In this document: positions 1-9,830 of the stretch, in pieces
Layout of the letters: each line of letters begins with the position of its first letter
How positions within the stretch are numbered: position 1 is the stretch's first letter
Origin: an uncultured Pseudomonadota bacterium
GTDB lineage: Bacteria > Oederibacteriota > Muellerivitia > Muellerivitales > Muellerivitaceae
Assembly: GCA_963770835.1 (NCBI GenBank)
Contig: CAVYRH010000008.1
Coordinates: 160,001 to 224,000 of the forward strand
DNA: 64,000 nucleotides
Reading direction: 5' to 3'
Notes under the pieces: generated by a model
Seen by the model: only the letters and a program-made list of their open reading frames with translations
The model's database searches: none
What the model was told of the DNA's origin: nothing
Position numbers and translations under genes: made by a program

Positions 1-284
1 GGGCCGTAACCGGGAGGGGGGGCGCGGAAACCACTGGGCCCTGCCCCGGGAAAGCCGGCGGGCCCGTCGTGCCCGAATTGGTCGTACTCGGCTTTCTTTT
101 TGGGGTCCGAGAGGATGCCGTAGGCCTCGTTGATGTCCTTGAACATCTCCTCGGCTTTTTTGTCCTTGGGATGGAGGTCGGGGTGGTATTTTTTCGCGAG
201 GGTCCGGAAGGCGTTCTTGATCGCCTCGTCACTGGCCCCGCGCGGAACGCCGAGCAAGTCGTAATAGTCTTTTTTAGGGGCCAT
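1..284 (-). CDS. dnaJ: DnaJ-family chaperone, N-terminal J domain (partial, runs off window)
   Basis: Manual translation from ATG 284: [71 protein letters not shown], with the HPD motif followed by a G/F/P-rich segment. Confidence 0.88.
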   Translation of the reverse strand, partial: MAPKKDYYDLLGVPRGASDEAIKNAFRTLAKKYHPDLHPKDKKAEEMFKDINEAYGILSDPKKKAEYDQFGHDGPAGFPGAGPSGFRAPPPGYG

Positions 285-341
285 CGTTGTTATTACCGTT
301 CATATGGGGTTCGGCAGTGGGTCAGTTTGAAAAAAACACTT

Positions 342-423
342 CACCCTCATCCCAACCTTCTCCCCTCAAGGGAGAAGGAGCGAGTCTCCCTCTCCCTTGA
401 GGGGAGAGGGCGGGGTGAGGGTG
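342..423. repeat. REP-like palindromic element (CCCTCACCCC/CTCTCCC..GGGAGAGG family)
   Basis: Inverted pair of hairpins CACCCTCATCCC..TCTCCCCTCAAGGGAGA / TCTCCCTTGAGGGGAGA..GGGGTGAGGGTG; second copy at 21754-21842. Confidence 0.8.
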
Positions 424-590
424 GTTGTTCCTGGGCCGCATTACATGCCTTTTCGCAGGTCAGGCTCGCAACGACAGCTAAACTGACTTACTACCTACAA
501 ACAGGGGTTTCTTAAGATGGTTTAGGCTAACACGTTCCCCCGGACTTTCCCATGCTTCCGGGGGGACGCCGGCCGTCAAACCGATAAAGT

Positions 591-2484
591 TCAATGAATT
601 CCCAAAACGCCCTTTGTCTTATCGGCAGTGGATTCGACTTCATTGGCCGTATTGACCGCGCTTTGAACATCCTTCACCCCATCCCCAACGGCCTTGAGCG
701 GGTCCTCTCCCTTCGCTGAAGCTTCGGGCGCCTGCTTTTCCTTCTCGGCTTGGGCCGCTGCTTCCCCGGGACTCAATTCCGTCACCTTTTCCACCAGGCT
801 TTGGCCATCCGGGTGGTGCTGAATTTGAAGGATCAGGCCGACGGGCCGGGTGGTTGTGGCCACCCCATCCCTCTGCTTGGTTTGCTCGCCCTTCACCAAG
901 AATACCCCCGAACCACCCTCCATCTGCAGAAACTCGGCCTGCGGGCTCTGGAAGACATAAACCAGATTTTGTTCCCCTATCTGTTTGAAAAAAGCCGGCC
1001 CGAAATACTGGCTCCGGAAGGTGGGAAAATAAGATTTGAGCAAATGGTTTTTGAGATATTCCAAATTGTCGGATACGGTATCAGCAGACATATTGAAAAA
1101 ATTGCCTGCGATATCGGTGGCAAAATCGGCCTCATTCGCGGCCCAGGAAGGAACAACCTGGGCCGAGTTCGAAGTGTGAAGTTTGGAGTTCGAAGTTGAA
1201 ACCAAAGGCCCCTTCGAACCTGAAACCGGACTCAAGGCAGAATTAGGAATTGAAACCGACGGGGCCGGATTCGGCGCTACCTGTCCGGAATGGACAATGC
1301 GGTACCCCATCCGGGTCACAAGCCGGATGCCCTGGTGGATAAGGAAGCTCCCCGCCCAAAGCACCAGGAAGGCCACCAGGAAGGTGGCCCAAGTGGTGTT
1401 TTTGACCCCCATCTTCTGGAACAACCCGGTGATGGCGTGGGGCCCTTGTGAACCCGGGAACAATCCGGTTGGCGATATGCCCGGGGGCTTGCTTTATCTG
1501 TTTCCCGAGGATATTCCCCACAATGGACGCGCCTACCTGTGCATGGGTAGAGGCGGAATCTGGTACCGGGGTTTGCTTTAATTCAGAGGCTAATACCCCC
1601 TTCGTTCCAACAGCGCTCACAGGGAAAGACCCCTGTGTACCCTCAAAACCAAAGCCCTTTTTGAAAGGGGGATCAAAATCTTCCGGTTTATTACCCCCTT
1701 GCACCCATTTGACCAGCCCCTTTACCTGGGGACCCGTCATTTCACGGGACAGGATGACCGGCATTGCCTTCTCCACCAGGGCTTGGACATCCCCAAGGGA
1801 CCTTTTGTCCCAGAGGGCGGTCAGCGGATAGGCGACCTTCTCTAAAAGCTGCCATTTTTCACGATTTTCGGATATGCGATTTTTAAGGGTTTCCGCATCA
1901 TTGTCCAACGGTTGGACAATATCATTATTCCCCTTATTTTTTGCATCCCCTTCGGTCCCCTTGGACTCGGATTGCTCCAAGTGCTCCAGGATCAACCTCC
2001 GGGAGGTGAGGTTCAGCACCCCTAATATTTGCCTGGCCCGCCAGATCCAGGACTTGGCCACCCCCACTTTAGCCGCAATCTCGTCTTCGCTAAGCCCAAG
2101 GCCCGTCGCCAGGTAAGGTTCCCAGCTTTCGTAATCGTCAAGCCAGTAAGGCTTGGAACCCTTATTGGAGGTGATGGCCCTTAGTTTCGCCTCCTCCAAG
2201 GGGCAATCCACCTCCTCAACCTCCATGTGGGCCCAGCCCAGCCTTCCGGCGGCGAGGAACCGCCTTTGGCCCTCAATAATGGCAAAAGGAGATTTACTTT
2301 CCCCCTTCCAGGTGATGATCCGGGGGGGCTTCCGACCGGACTTCATGAAGGCCATGAGGTCCTGCATTTCGGATTCGTTTTTGTATTTGCGGGGGTTCCA
2401 ATCCGGCACGTAAAGCTCGGACCGGGGGACCATCCGGATGACGGGTTGGGTAACTTCCGGGGCGGGATTCTGGGCGGTTTCCAT
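591..2484 (-). CDS. ParB N-terminal domain protein with a TM helix and a C-terminal TraE/VirB8-like domain; one frameshift near 1464 (ORFs 1243-2484 and 591-1463)
   Basis: ParB/Srx motifs (WNPRK, IIEGQRRFLAA, AITSN) plus an HTH; removing one base in AACCGG-A-TTGTTC joins the two ORFs seamlessly. Confidence 0.65.
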
Positions 2485-2679
2485 AGGGCCTCCTGATTAT
2501 GAATTTCCGTGAATGGAAAAAGATAAACCGGGAAGTTGGGGCCCGTCAATTTCGAAATGGATTTGAGCTGATTTTTAGGCGGGAGGAAGGCTGTTCTGCA
2601 CTTTTTATGGCCGTTAATCCGGCCAACCCGGCGGTGGAATGCGCCTAGGACATCCAATGCGGGGTCTCCGTCGTGGACA

Positions 2680-2709
2680 AAAAAAAGCCGGGCTCAGGAG
2701 AGCCCGGCT
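2680..2709 (-). terminator. Intrinsic terminator after the lipoprotein gene
   Basis: AGCCGGGCTC-AGGA-GAGCCCGGCT stem with an A-run on + (U-tail on -). Confidence 0.8.
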
Positions 2710-2733
2710 ACCATGTTAAACAAATCTAAATCC

Positions 2734-4830
2734 TCAAGGTGAAATCACCGCCACCGCGCTGGAACCGGCGACGGCCACAAGGATCCCATTCCCGTTGGTC
2801 ACGGAGGACCAGTACTGGGAGCCGGGGAGGGTTTCATTGGTCCAAGTAACCCCGTCGGGCGAAGTCGCCGCCACCGCGCCGCCATAAATAACCGCCACAA
2901 ACAACCCATTCCCATAGGTCACCGAATCCCAGGACTGTGTGCTGGGGAGGGTTTGGGCCGTCCAAGTGATCCCGTCGGGTGAGGTTGCCGCCTTCGCCGC
3001 GCCGCCATAAGCAACCACCACAAACTCCCCATTCCCGTAAGTGACGGCGTACCAAGCCCCCGTACTGGGGAGGCTGCGGGTCGTCCAAGTGATGCCGTCC
3101 GGTGATGTCGCTGCCACCGAGTTATTGGGGGTTATCGCCACAAAAACCCCGTTCCCGTAGGCCACGGAGGTCCAGCCCGCCGAACTGGGCATGGTGCGGG
3201 ACGTCCAGGTGACACCGTCCGGCGAGGTGGCTCCCACGGGACTGCCGATTCCACTGGCGAGGGCGCCAGCCGCCACAAAAACCCCGTTCCCATAGGCCAC
3301 TGATTTCCAGTTCTGTGCGGCGGGGAGGTTATGGGCCGTCCAGGTGACGCCGTCCGGTGACGTCGCTTCCGCCGTAGTGCCACTCAAACCACTGCCGGAT
3401 GCGACCGCCACAAACTCGGAATTCCCATAGGCCACTGACTCCCAGGCCTGTGAGCTGGGGAGGGTTTGGGCCGTCCAATTAATCCCGTCGGGCGAAGTCG
3501 CCGCCACCGTGCTGGGTCCGGCGGCAACCGCCACGAAAATACCGTTCCCGTAGGCCACGGATGTCCAGTTCTGCGAGCTGGGAAGGGTTTCAGCCGTCCA
3601 AGGCATGGGTGTGGGGGTGATCGTCGGGGTGAAAGTGGGGGTGGAAGTGGAAGTCCCCGTGGGGGTGGTGGTGGCTGTGTAAGGGACGGCCGGGGTGGAA
3701 GTGGCCGTGGCGGTCGGCCCGCCCGGGGCGCCGGGGCTGAACTTGACCGGGTATTCGTAACCGCCGGTATTGGCTTCTTCCACGTAGATGTTTCCCGAGG
3801 CGTCCACCTTCACGTCCCAGGTGAAGACGTTGCCCGCCAGGTCCAGCTCGTCGCAGAAGGTGCCGTCGGTCTTGAAGACCTCGATCCGTCCGTTGGTGGC
3901 GGTATCGTCCACCACGTAAACCAGGTTGCCCGGCCCCACGGCTAGGCCCATGGGCGTGTAAAGCTGCCCCTGGCCCGACCCGCCGTTGCCCCAGCCGCCG
4001 AGGGCCTGGAGGCTGGGGCTGTAAATGGCCACCGACTGGCCCTGGCCGTCCAGCACGTAAAGGTTGTCGTTGGAATCGGTGGAAAGCGCGTTGGCGTAAG
4101 CCAGGAAGCCGTTGCTGGAAACCGAGGCCAAATCGGCGCCCGCTGTGGTCAGCTTGCGGATCAGGACATAGCTATTGCCGCCGGCCACCACGTAAAGGTT
4201 GTTCTGGGAATCGATGGTCATGCAGTAGATCTGGCGCATCGCGCCGTCCGAATTGGAACTGTCATTGAAGGCCCCGATGGAAACCCCCGAGGAATTGAAT
4301 TTTATGATTTCGGAGGTGGTGAGGGTGGCGCCGCAGCTGCCGTCATTGGTGATGTTATTGTAGGCGTAATAAAGGTTCCCGGAGCTGTCGGCGGCCATTC
4401 CTCCGCAGGCGCCGTAGTCCAGGTTGCTCACGGAGTTGCCGGAAGGATAAAATTCCCGTTGGTAGGGCCCGGACAGGCTGAATTGCTGCACCCGGTTGTC
4501 GAGGCAGGAGAGCGGGCCCTTGCCGGCATCATAGACGTAAAGATAGCCATTGGCCGGGTCGATGGCGAGGTCGTTTCCGTATCCCAAGCCCCCGGCGGCA
4601 TAAACGCCCGCCACGGTGACGGATAACCCGGCGCCGGTGGTTCCGATTTGAAAAGAGGCCGAGGGCGCCGTCAGGGGACATGCCACGCTGGTGGCCGGGC
4701 CGCCGCCGCTGTTATTGTTCCCTCCCCCGCCGGAGGGCGAGGAAGGCATGGATTTTTTGCCGGGGCAGCCGATGATTAAAAAGGTAAATCCAACCAGGAG
4801 CAAAAAAATCCCCGCGATGCGGCACTTCAT
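2734..4830 (-). CDS. Lipoprotein with an NHL-repeat propeller, PT linker and a 7-repeat Asp-box-like propeller
   Basis: Lipobox LIIGC; NHL motifs (LYTPMGLAVGPGNLVYVVD); seven repeats of WTxxxLP..WxSVAYGNGxFVAV..ATSPDGxT; start placed at ATG 4830. Confidence 0.8.
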   Translation of the reverse strand: MKCRIAGIFLLLVGFTFLIIGCPGKKSMPSSPSGGGGNNNSGGGPATSVACPLTAPSASFQIGTTGAGLSVTVAGVYAAGGLGYGNDLAIDPANGYLYVYDAGKGPLSCLDNRVQQFSLSGPYQREFYPSGNSVSNLDYGACGGMAADSSGNLYYAYNNITNDGSCGATLTTSEIIKFNSSGVSIGAFNDSSNSDGAMRQIYCMTIDSQNNLYVVAGGNSYVLIRKLTTAGADLASVSSNGFLAYANALSTDSNDNLYVLDGQGQSVAIYSPSLQALGGWGNGGSGQGQLYTPMGLAVGPGNLVYVVDDTATNGRIEVFKTDGTFCDELDLAGNVFTWDVKVDASGNIYVEEANTGGYEYPVKFSPGAPGGPTATATSTPAVPYTATTTPTGTSTSTPTFTPTITPTPMPWTAETLPSSQNWTSVAYGNGIFVAVAAGPSTVAATSPDGINWTAQTLPSSQAWESVAYGNSEFVAVASGSGLSGTTAEATSPDGVTWTAHNLPAAQNWKSVAYGNGVFVAAGALASGIGSPVGATSPDGVTWTSRTMPSSAGWTSVAYGNGVFVAITPNNSVAATSPDGITWTTRSLPSTGAWYAVTYGNGEFVVVAYGGAAKAATSPDGITWTAQTLPSTQSWDSVTYGNGLFVAVIYGGAVAATSPDGVTWTNETLPGSQYWSSVTNGNGILVAVAGSSAVAVISP

Positions 4831-5139
4831 TGTTTGGCCTTTCGGATAAACATTAAAACGTTTGGCCAAACAATCGGTTTGGGAAAATGTCTTAGCTCAT
4901 GGAGTATAGGCGTTTTTGTAAGTATTAGATACAGTTAGCATATTCAAAGCCGGGGCATCCCGGTGAAAGCCGGGAAATCATCAGCGGCTTTTGTCCAGTT
5001 ACCGCGCGCGGAAGGATTTCGGGGGGAACGAAGGGTATTGGGTTGTCCAATGCGGCTCCCCGCCGTGGACAGGTAACATGATGGCCATTCCACCGCCGGG
5101 ATTAAACTATTCCCGGTGAGTAGCCACTCATAAGGAGGA

Positions 5140-6216
5140 ATGACCATGAAACAGATTAGCAAAAAAGGATTCCAAGGCAAGGAGGTATCCAAGCGGGACG
5201 CCGTGTTTGTGGGGCTCGATGTCCACAAACGAAGTATTTACGTAGCAATCAGGATCAATGGAAAGGAAACCGGAACCAAGTCTGTGCCCGCGGATTGGGA
5301 AGCTGTGGTGAAGGTTCTGGAGCCTTACCGAAAAGGGTTAAAAAAGGTCGTCTACGAGGCAGGACCTACTGGCTTTGGCTTGGCACGTCGCCTTCGGGAA
5401 GTGGGATACCCATTGGACGTCATCGCCCCGAACAAAACACCTCGTGTAGCTCAGTTGGAAACAAAATCCGACCGGTTGGACTGCCGCAAGCTGGCGGAGT
5501 ACGCCGAAAAGGATCTCTTGCGGGCTGTGGCGATCCCAACCCTCCAGGAAGAAGCGGATCGGCAAGTGGTGCGTTTGAGAAACGCGATGGTGGAACAAAA
5601 ACGCAAGGCCAAACAAAGGATCAAAAGCTTTTTCCTCCAATATGGATTCAAGGAACCTAGAGGGCTGGATTACTGGACCCACGAGGCCATCGGAGTTTTG
5701 CGGGATATGGAACTGCCGCCGGCCCTGAGATTCACGTTGGATAGCCTATTGGAAGATCTCTTTTACTTTGATAGGCAGCTTAAAGACGTGAACATACGTT
5801 TGCGGGTCATGATGAAGGACAAGGCCTACGAGAAAAAGGCTAAGATCCTCAGGTCCCACCCGGGAGTGGGTGAAGTAACGACCCTGCAAATGTTAACGGA
5901 GATTTACCAGCCGGAGCGCTTTCAAAACGCCAAACAGGTGGCGGCTTACGTGGGGTTGGCCCCAAGGATCAGGCAAAGCGGAGAAACTCGAAAGGAAGGC
6001 CATTTGCAGAAGGCCGGAAAAGGAACCTTGAGGGCTACCTTAGTTGAAGCTGCCTGGTCATGGATTCAAAAGGATACCCAGGCCAACCGCGTTTTCCGCC
6101 GGTTCGTCCGTAATACGGGGCATGTCAACAAAGCGATTGTGGCAATGGCTCACAAGCTTTTGATTCACCTTTGGACTATGTTGGTTCGAAAGGAAGTTTA
6201 TCGGCCCATGCTCTAA
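5140..6216 (+). CDS. IS110-family DEDD transposase/recombinase
   Basis: VGLDVHK, VYEAGPTG, KSDRLD, PGVG, YVGLAP..QSG motifs; AAGGAGG RBS (alternative start 5146). Confidence 0.97.
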   Translation: MTMKQISKKGFQGKEVSKRDAVFVGLDVHKRSIYVAIRINGKETGTKSVPADWEAVVKVLEPYRKGLKKVVYEAGPTGFGLARRLREVGYPLDVIAPNKTPRVAQLETKSDRLDCRKLAEYAEKDLLRAVAIPTLQEEADRQVVRLRNAMVEQKRKAKQRIKSFFLQYGFKEPRGLDYWTHEAIGVLRDMELPPALRFTLDSLLEDLFYFDRQLKDVNIRLRVMMKDKAYEKKAKILRSHPGVGEVTTLQMLTEIYQPERFQNAKQVAAYVGLAPRIRQSGETRKEGHLQKAGKGTLRATLVEAAWSWIQKDTQANRVFRRFVRNTGHVNKAIVAMAHKLLIHLWTMLVRKEVYRPML

Positions 6217-6220
6217 AGAG

Positions 6221-6385
6221 GTTTCAGCCTCAGTTTCGTGATTCGACCCCTTAGGAATGACCACGAGTTTTAGCTGTGCCTTAGGCACGTTGGACAGGTG
6301 GTGGCTTCCCTCAGGATTATCGAATTCTTATCTTGTGCCTCGAGCACGAATAGCAGCGTGAATCCACGAAACCAAAAGGCTGACC
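6221..6385 (+). ncRNA. Predicted bridge/seek RNA of the IS
   Basis: Closing stems TCAGCCT/AGGCTGA and GTTTCGTG/CACGAAAC; two parallel GTGCC..GCAC hairpin modules carrying target-matching TGGACAG and donor-matching ATAGCAG. Confidence 0.75.
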
Positions 6386-6446
6386 GTAGGAGAAAATTGG
6401 ACTTGAGGAATGGCCTCATAGCAGGAATGGCCTCATGGTTTTAAAA

Positions 6447-6791
6447 CTATTCAAACAGGATAATCTTAAGATTTTCGATCAGCTTTGCCTTATTCAACGG
6501 ATTTAACTCGCCCAAATGCTTGACGAACCGGCGGTTATCAATGGCCCGGATTTGATCGACTAAGATGTCGGAATTTTTTTTAAGGCCCATTCCTTTTTTG
6601 GAAAGGTGAACCCGGAGGATTTCCGCCCCGCGGATGACTTGTGTGGTGATGGGGCAAACAATAGTGCTGGGGTGTTGGCCGTCATTTAAAAGGTTGGTTT
6701 GGAGGACGACGACCGGCCTTGTCTTGCCCGGCTCCGTGCCGAACCGCGGGCTTAGGTCGGCCAGGTAAACATTGAATTTCCTAATCTTCAT
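6447..6791 (-). CDS. mazF: PemK/MazF-family toxin
   Basis: ADLSPRFGTEPGKTRPVVVLQ, IVCPITT and DQIRAID motifs. Confidence 0.95.
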   Translation of the reverse strand: MKIRKFNVYLADLSPRFGTEPGKTRPVVVLQTNLLNDGQHPSTIVCPITTQVIRGAEILRVHLSKKGMGLKKNSDILVDQIRAIDNRRFVKHLGELNPLNKAKLIENLKIILFE

Positions 6792-7027
6792 TCGAGGGTT
6801 GCTTCCTCAAGCTTTTCCATCTCCCCGAGGATGTCCATGGAGTTCTTCCGCGTGAGCAGGGATTCCTTCAGCAGTTTTTTCCTGAGCCCTTTTCGGCGGT
6901 TGAAAGCGTTATAAAAATCCAACGCCTCATTGATGTAGGCATTTCGGGACATATGAAGCCGTTTGGTTAGGATTTCTACATCCTCGAAGATTTCACCTTT
7001 AATTTTTAGGGACAGGACCTTGGTCAT
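6788..7027 (-). CDS. Ribbon-helix-helix antitoxin
   Basis: SLKI..MSRNAYINEAL RHH pattern; 4-nt overlap with the toxin gene. Confidence 0.85.
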   Translation of the reverse strand: MTKVLSLKIKGEIFEDVEILTKRLHMSRNAYINEALDFYNAFNRRKGLRKKLLKESLLTRKNSMDILGEMEKLEEATLE

Positions 7028-7156
7028 TCCGGGCTCCTTTGGAGGTATATACGAATAGTATATACCTCCAATTTCAAAAGGAATAAATAGTTTTAACCTG
7101 GTTGTCCAATCCAGTCCTCGCCGTGGACCCTGCCTGCCACCCGGATAACGCTGCTT

Positions 7157-8470
7157 TTATTGGTTTGAACCGCCGAGCGGCGTGAGCTGTATCTGTTTGG
7201 CGAGTCCATAGGCGGCCGGAAGGTCGCTGTCGCCGGTTACGAGCACACGGCCGATGACGAGCACCGAATTGTTCGGCGATGATATCCGCGCCACCCCGCC
7301 CGGCACCGCGCCCTGCCAGCCCGGACCACTAATAAGATAATTTCCCGCCTGGGTGCCGGTGGCGCGCCGGCCGACGTAGGCAAAATTAGTGTTGTTCGAC
7401 GGATCAGTGAATTGCACGCTGTAGTAGCGGCCTGACATGTCCGGCACATGCAGGATTTGCGGCCCTTGACGGAGGTCCAACCAGCCGGCCGAAAGCAGCG
7501 TGTCGCGGTTTACCCCGGTCGTCGCCAATTTCGAGCTTGAGGCGGGCGGGTGGAGGGGGTCCGCGAAGAGGGCTTGGGGCTCCGTATAGATCGTATTGAT
7601 CGAAACGGGGCCGTCGCCGAACCCTTTCACAAGGATCGCTTTCTTGTATACGTTCAGAATGAGGCTTGGCCAAAAAGCGATGAGCGCGAAGGTAATGAGC
7701 CCCCATGCGATGACCGCCAATAAGGCGAATGGAACGAGATCGGTCCCCCCCCTAAAGAACCGCCTGTAGACGGCCCACGCGACGACTGCGGTTGTGACGA
7801 TCGCAATGAGATGTTGGGATATCACATCCGGTATCATCGCGCCTAAACCACCGGCGCCGCCGGGTCCTTGCGCCTTGACCACCGGCGGCACTTGGTACTT
7901 GCCCTCGAGGATGGCCGCGCCAGGCTGGTAAACGCGCAGCCAAAGCAAAAAAGGACCGGCCGGCGCGGGCAGCCAATTCGGCTCGTGGCCGGCCGGAGCC
8001 GTGTTTTGAATATAGATATCCACCGAGCCGTCGGCGTTCGGCACCAGGCCCGTTCTGTCGCTGACGCTGTAGCGGTTGAGGGGGTTCGGCACAAATTGAT
8101 TTTTCGCGTTACCCATCGTCAGCGACCAGAACGCGTTGTTGGGCGGCAGGCCGCCCGGCGGGAAGCGCAATAGGTAGCCGTTCCGGCCGTTGAGCGCGTG
8201 GCCCGCGCCATCGACTTTCGTCAGCCAATACATCGCCTCTTGCGGTACGTTGACGGGACCGGGAAAGATGAGGGAACAGGCGGCCCGCTTAAACAGGCCG
8301 TTGCCGGGCACCCCGCATCCCAATAAGGTGACCCAGCCGTTGACATTCGTGGCCATGAACCCCGCTAAGATTTGGAACGTGATCCAAGCCAACCAGGCGC
8401 CGACGAAAATTCCCTGCACGCCGTGATCGTGGACGGGCCTGTTAAGGATGTTGGTTAGGGTATTTGCCAT
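7157..8470 (-). CDS. DUF1214 + DUF1254 membrane protein
   Basis: FWSLTM..NRYS..NADGSVDIYIQ..NWLP (DUF1214) then NRDTLLSAGWLDL..PDMSGRYYSVQF (DUF1254). Confidence 0.85.
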   Translation of the reverse strand: MANTLTNILNRPVHDHGVQGIFVGAWLAWITFQILAGFMATNVNGWVTLLGCGVPGNGLFKRAACSLIFPGPVNVPQEAMYWLTKVDGAGHALNGRNGYLLRFPPGGLPPNNAFWSLTMGNAKNQFVPNPLNRYSVSDRTGLVPNADGSVDIYIQNTAPAGHEPNWLPAPAGPFLLWLRVYQPGAAILEGKYQVPPVVKAQGPGGAGGLGAMIPDVISQHLIAIVTTAVVAWAVYRRFFRGGTDLVPFALLAVIAWGLITFALIAFWPSLILNVYKKAILVKGFGDGPVSINTIYTEPQALFADPLHPPASSSKLATTGVNRDTLLSAGWLDLRQGPQILHVPDMSGRYYSVQFTDPSNNTNFAYVGRRATGTQAGNYLISGPGWQGAVPGGVARISSPNNSVLVIGRVLVTGDSDLPAAYGLAKQIQLTPLGGSNQ

Positions 8471-8553
8471 TCGCTTATTATGCGCCTTGCCCGGAATGGT
8501 GAAAAGCGCCGGGCAAAAGAAACATCCGCTGAATGCGGTTTAAATAGGCGCTT

Positions 8554-9105
8554 CTATTTTGCCGGCTCATAGTAAAAAATGACCGCGCCGCTGCCGAATG
8601 TTTTTGTTTTTGAGAGTTTAAGATTGATTCGTTCCCCGACGTTTTTAAAGAGTGGCGAGCCGCTACCTAAAATAACGGGGTGAACGACAAGCTGGAATTC
8701 ATCGACTAAGCCAAGCTTCGCCAAGGCTACGATTAAACTGCGGCTGCCCGCTAAAATGTTTTTACCCGCTTGCTGTTTGAGGTTTAAAACTTCTTCCTTA
8801 ATGAGTTCCTTTTTCAATATTGAATTTTTCCAGCCGACCTTTTGCAGCGTACGGGAAAAAACGATCTTTGAAATTTTATCGATGAGTACCGCGAATTCAT
8901 CGTCCAGTTTGTCGCCGGACGGTTTTTTTACCATCGCCGGCCAATAATCCTCCATCAGTTGATAGGTTATCCTTCCGTACAGGAGGGTGTCCGCGTCGCG
9001 CAACAGGTCATTGAAAAAGCGCATCCCTTCGTCGCTCGGGACCATCGCCGTGTGGTCGCAAAACCCGTCGAGCGTCATATTGATGCATGCGATTAGTTTT
9101 CTCAT
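8554..9105 (-). CDS. Dihydrofolate reductase-like (RibD_C) protein
   Basis: MTLDGF, LLYGRITY and GLVDEFQLVVHPVILGSG motifs. Confidence 0.92.
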   Translation of the reverse strand: MRKLIACINMTLDGFCDHTAMVPSDEGMRFFNDLLRDADTLLYGRITYQLMEDYWPAMVKKPSGDKLDDEFAVLIDKISKIVFSRTLQKVGWKNSILKKELIKEEVLNLKQQAGKNILAGSRSLIVALAKLGLVDEFQLVVHPVILGSGSPLFKNVGERINLKLSKTKTFGSGAVIFYYEPAK

Positions 9106-9155
9106 ATCATGATTTCTTAATTAAAAATTTAAAATTCATAATTGAAAATTGCCTT

Positions 9156-9752
9156 TTAAGCTCCCATCGTACCTGTCTTAACTTTTCCAACCCGCTTGTA
9201 ATTGGCAAAGATCACTCCGGTGGGCGTCACCATACTCTCTATCAATGTAAAGGCCGCCGGAACCGCGTCACTTCCAAACAACTTTTTTCCTTTACCCAGG
9301 ATTAAGGCGCAAATTCTGAGCCAGAGTTCGTCCACCAGGTCATTCTTCAGCAGGAGCTGGACGAGCATGCCGCTGCCGTGGACTTGAAGGTCCGGGCCTT
9401 TTGATTTTTTGACCTTTTTGATGTCCGCCAGGCTTTTGAGGAAAACGGAGTTTTTCCAACCGGACTTTTTCAGGGTCTTGGACAGGACGTACTTGGTGCC
9501 GTTATTGATGCCGGGCCAATAGTCCGCGTGCTGGGGCCAGTAGGGCTCCCAGCTCTCAAACGTTTTTCGGCCCAAAAGATAATCCGCGGGTTGGGCAAGT
9601 TGTTCCCTGACCTTAGCCCTCCCCATTTCGGTCATATAAGGCACGAACCACCCTCCATATTTGAAACCGCCCGATGGATCTTCCTTGGGGCCGCCGCCCG
9701 CTTGCATGACGCCATCTAATGAAATCATGGATAAGACGATTATTTTTCTCAT
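9156..9752 (-). CDS. Dihydrofolate reductase-like (RibD_C) protein
   Basis: ISLDGVMQ, LLGRKTF and LVDELWL..LGKGKKLF motifs. Confidence 0.92.
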   Translation of the reverse strand: MRKIIVLSMISLDGVMQAGGGPKEDPSGGFKYGGWFVPYMTEMGRAKVREQLAQPADYLLGRKTFESWEPYWPQHADYWPGINNGTKYVLSKTLKKSGWKNSVFLKSLADIKKVKKSKGPDLQVHGSGMLVQLLLKNDLVDELWLRICALILGKGKKLFGSDAVPAAFTLIESMVTPTGVIFANYKRVGKVKTGTMGA

Positions 9753-9830
9753 GGAATGACAGCCTCCAAAGTTTTACAGGGTGCCGGCGAAGCCGCACTG
9801 CTTTTGCGCAAAAGTTCCATAAGCACCCTG

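Larger units (their letters stand above)
5070..6425 (+). mobile_element. IS110-family (IS1111-type) insertion sequence
   Basis: Duplicated core CAGG (5070-73, 6422-25); subterminal inverted repeats ATGA(T)GGCCATTCC 5078-91 and GGAATGGCCTCAT 6407-19; circle junction gives TTGAGG-17 bp-TAACAT. Confidence 0.85.

Noticed and set aside
69..515. + strand 148-aa ORF
   Set aside because: Antisense to dnaJ and reads through a REP element.
591..7027. Prophage or ICE (ParB, TraE-like domain, toxin-antitoxin)
   Set aside because: No integrase, relaxase, VirB4 or phage genes, and no att repeats seen.
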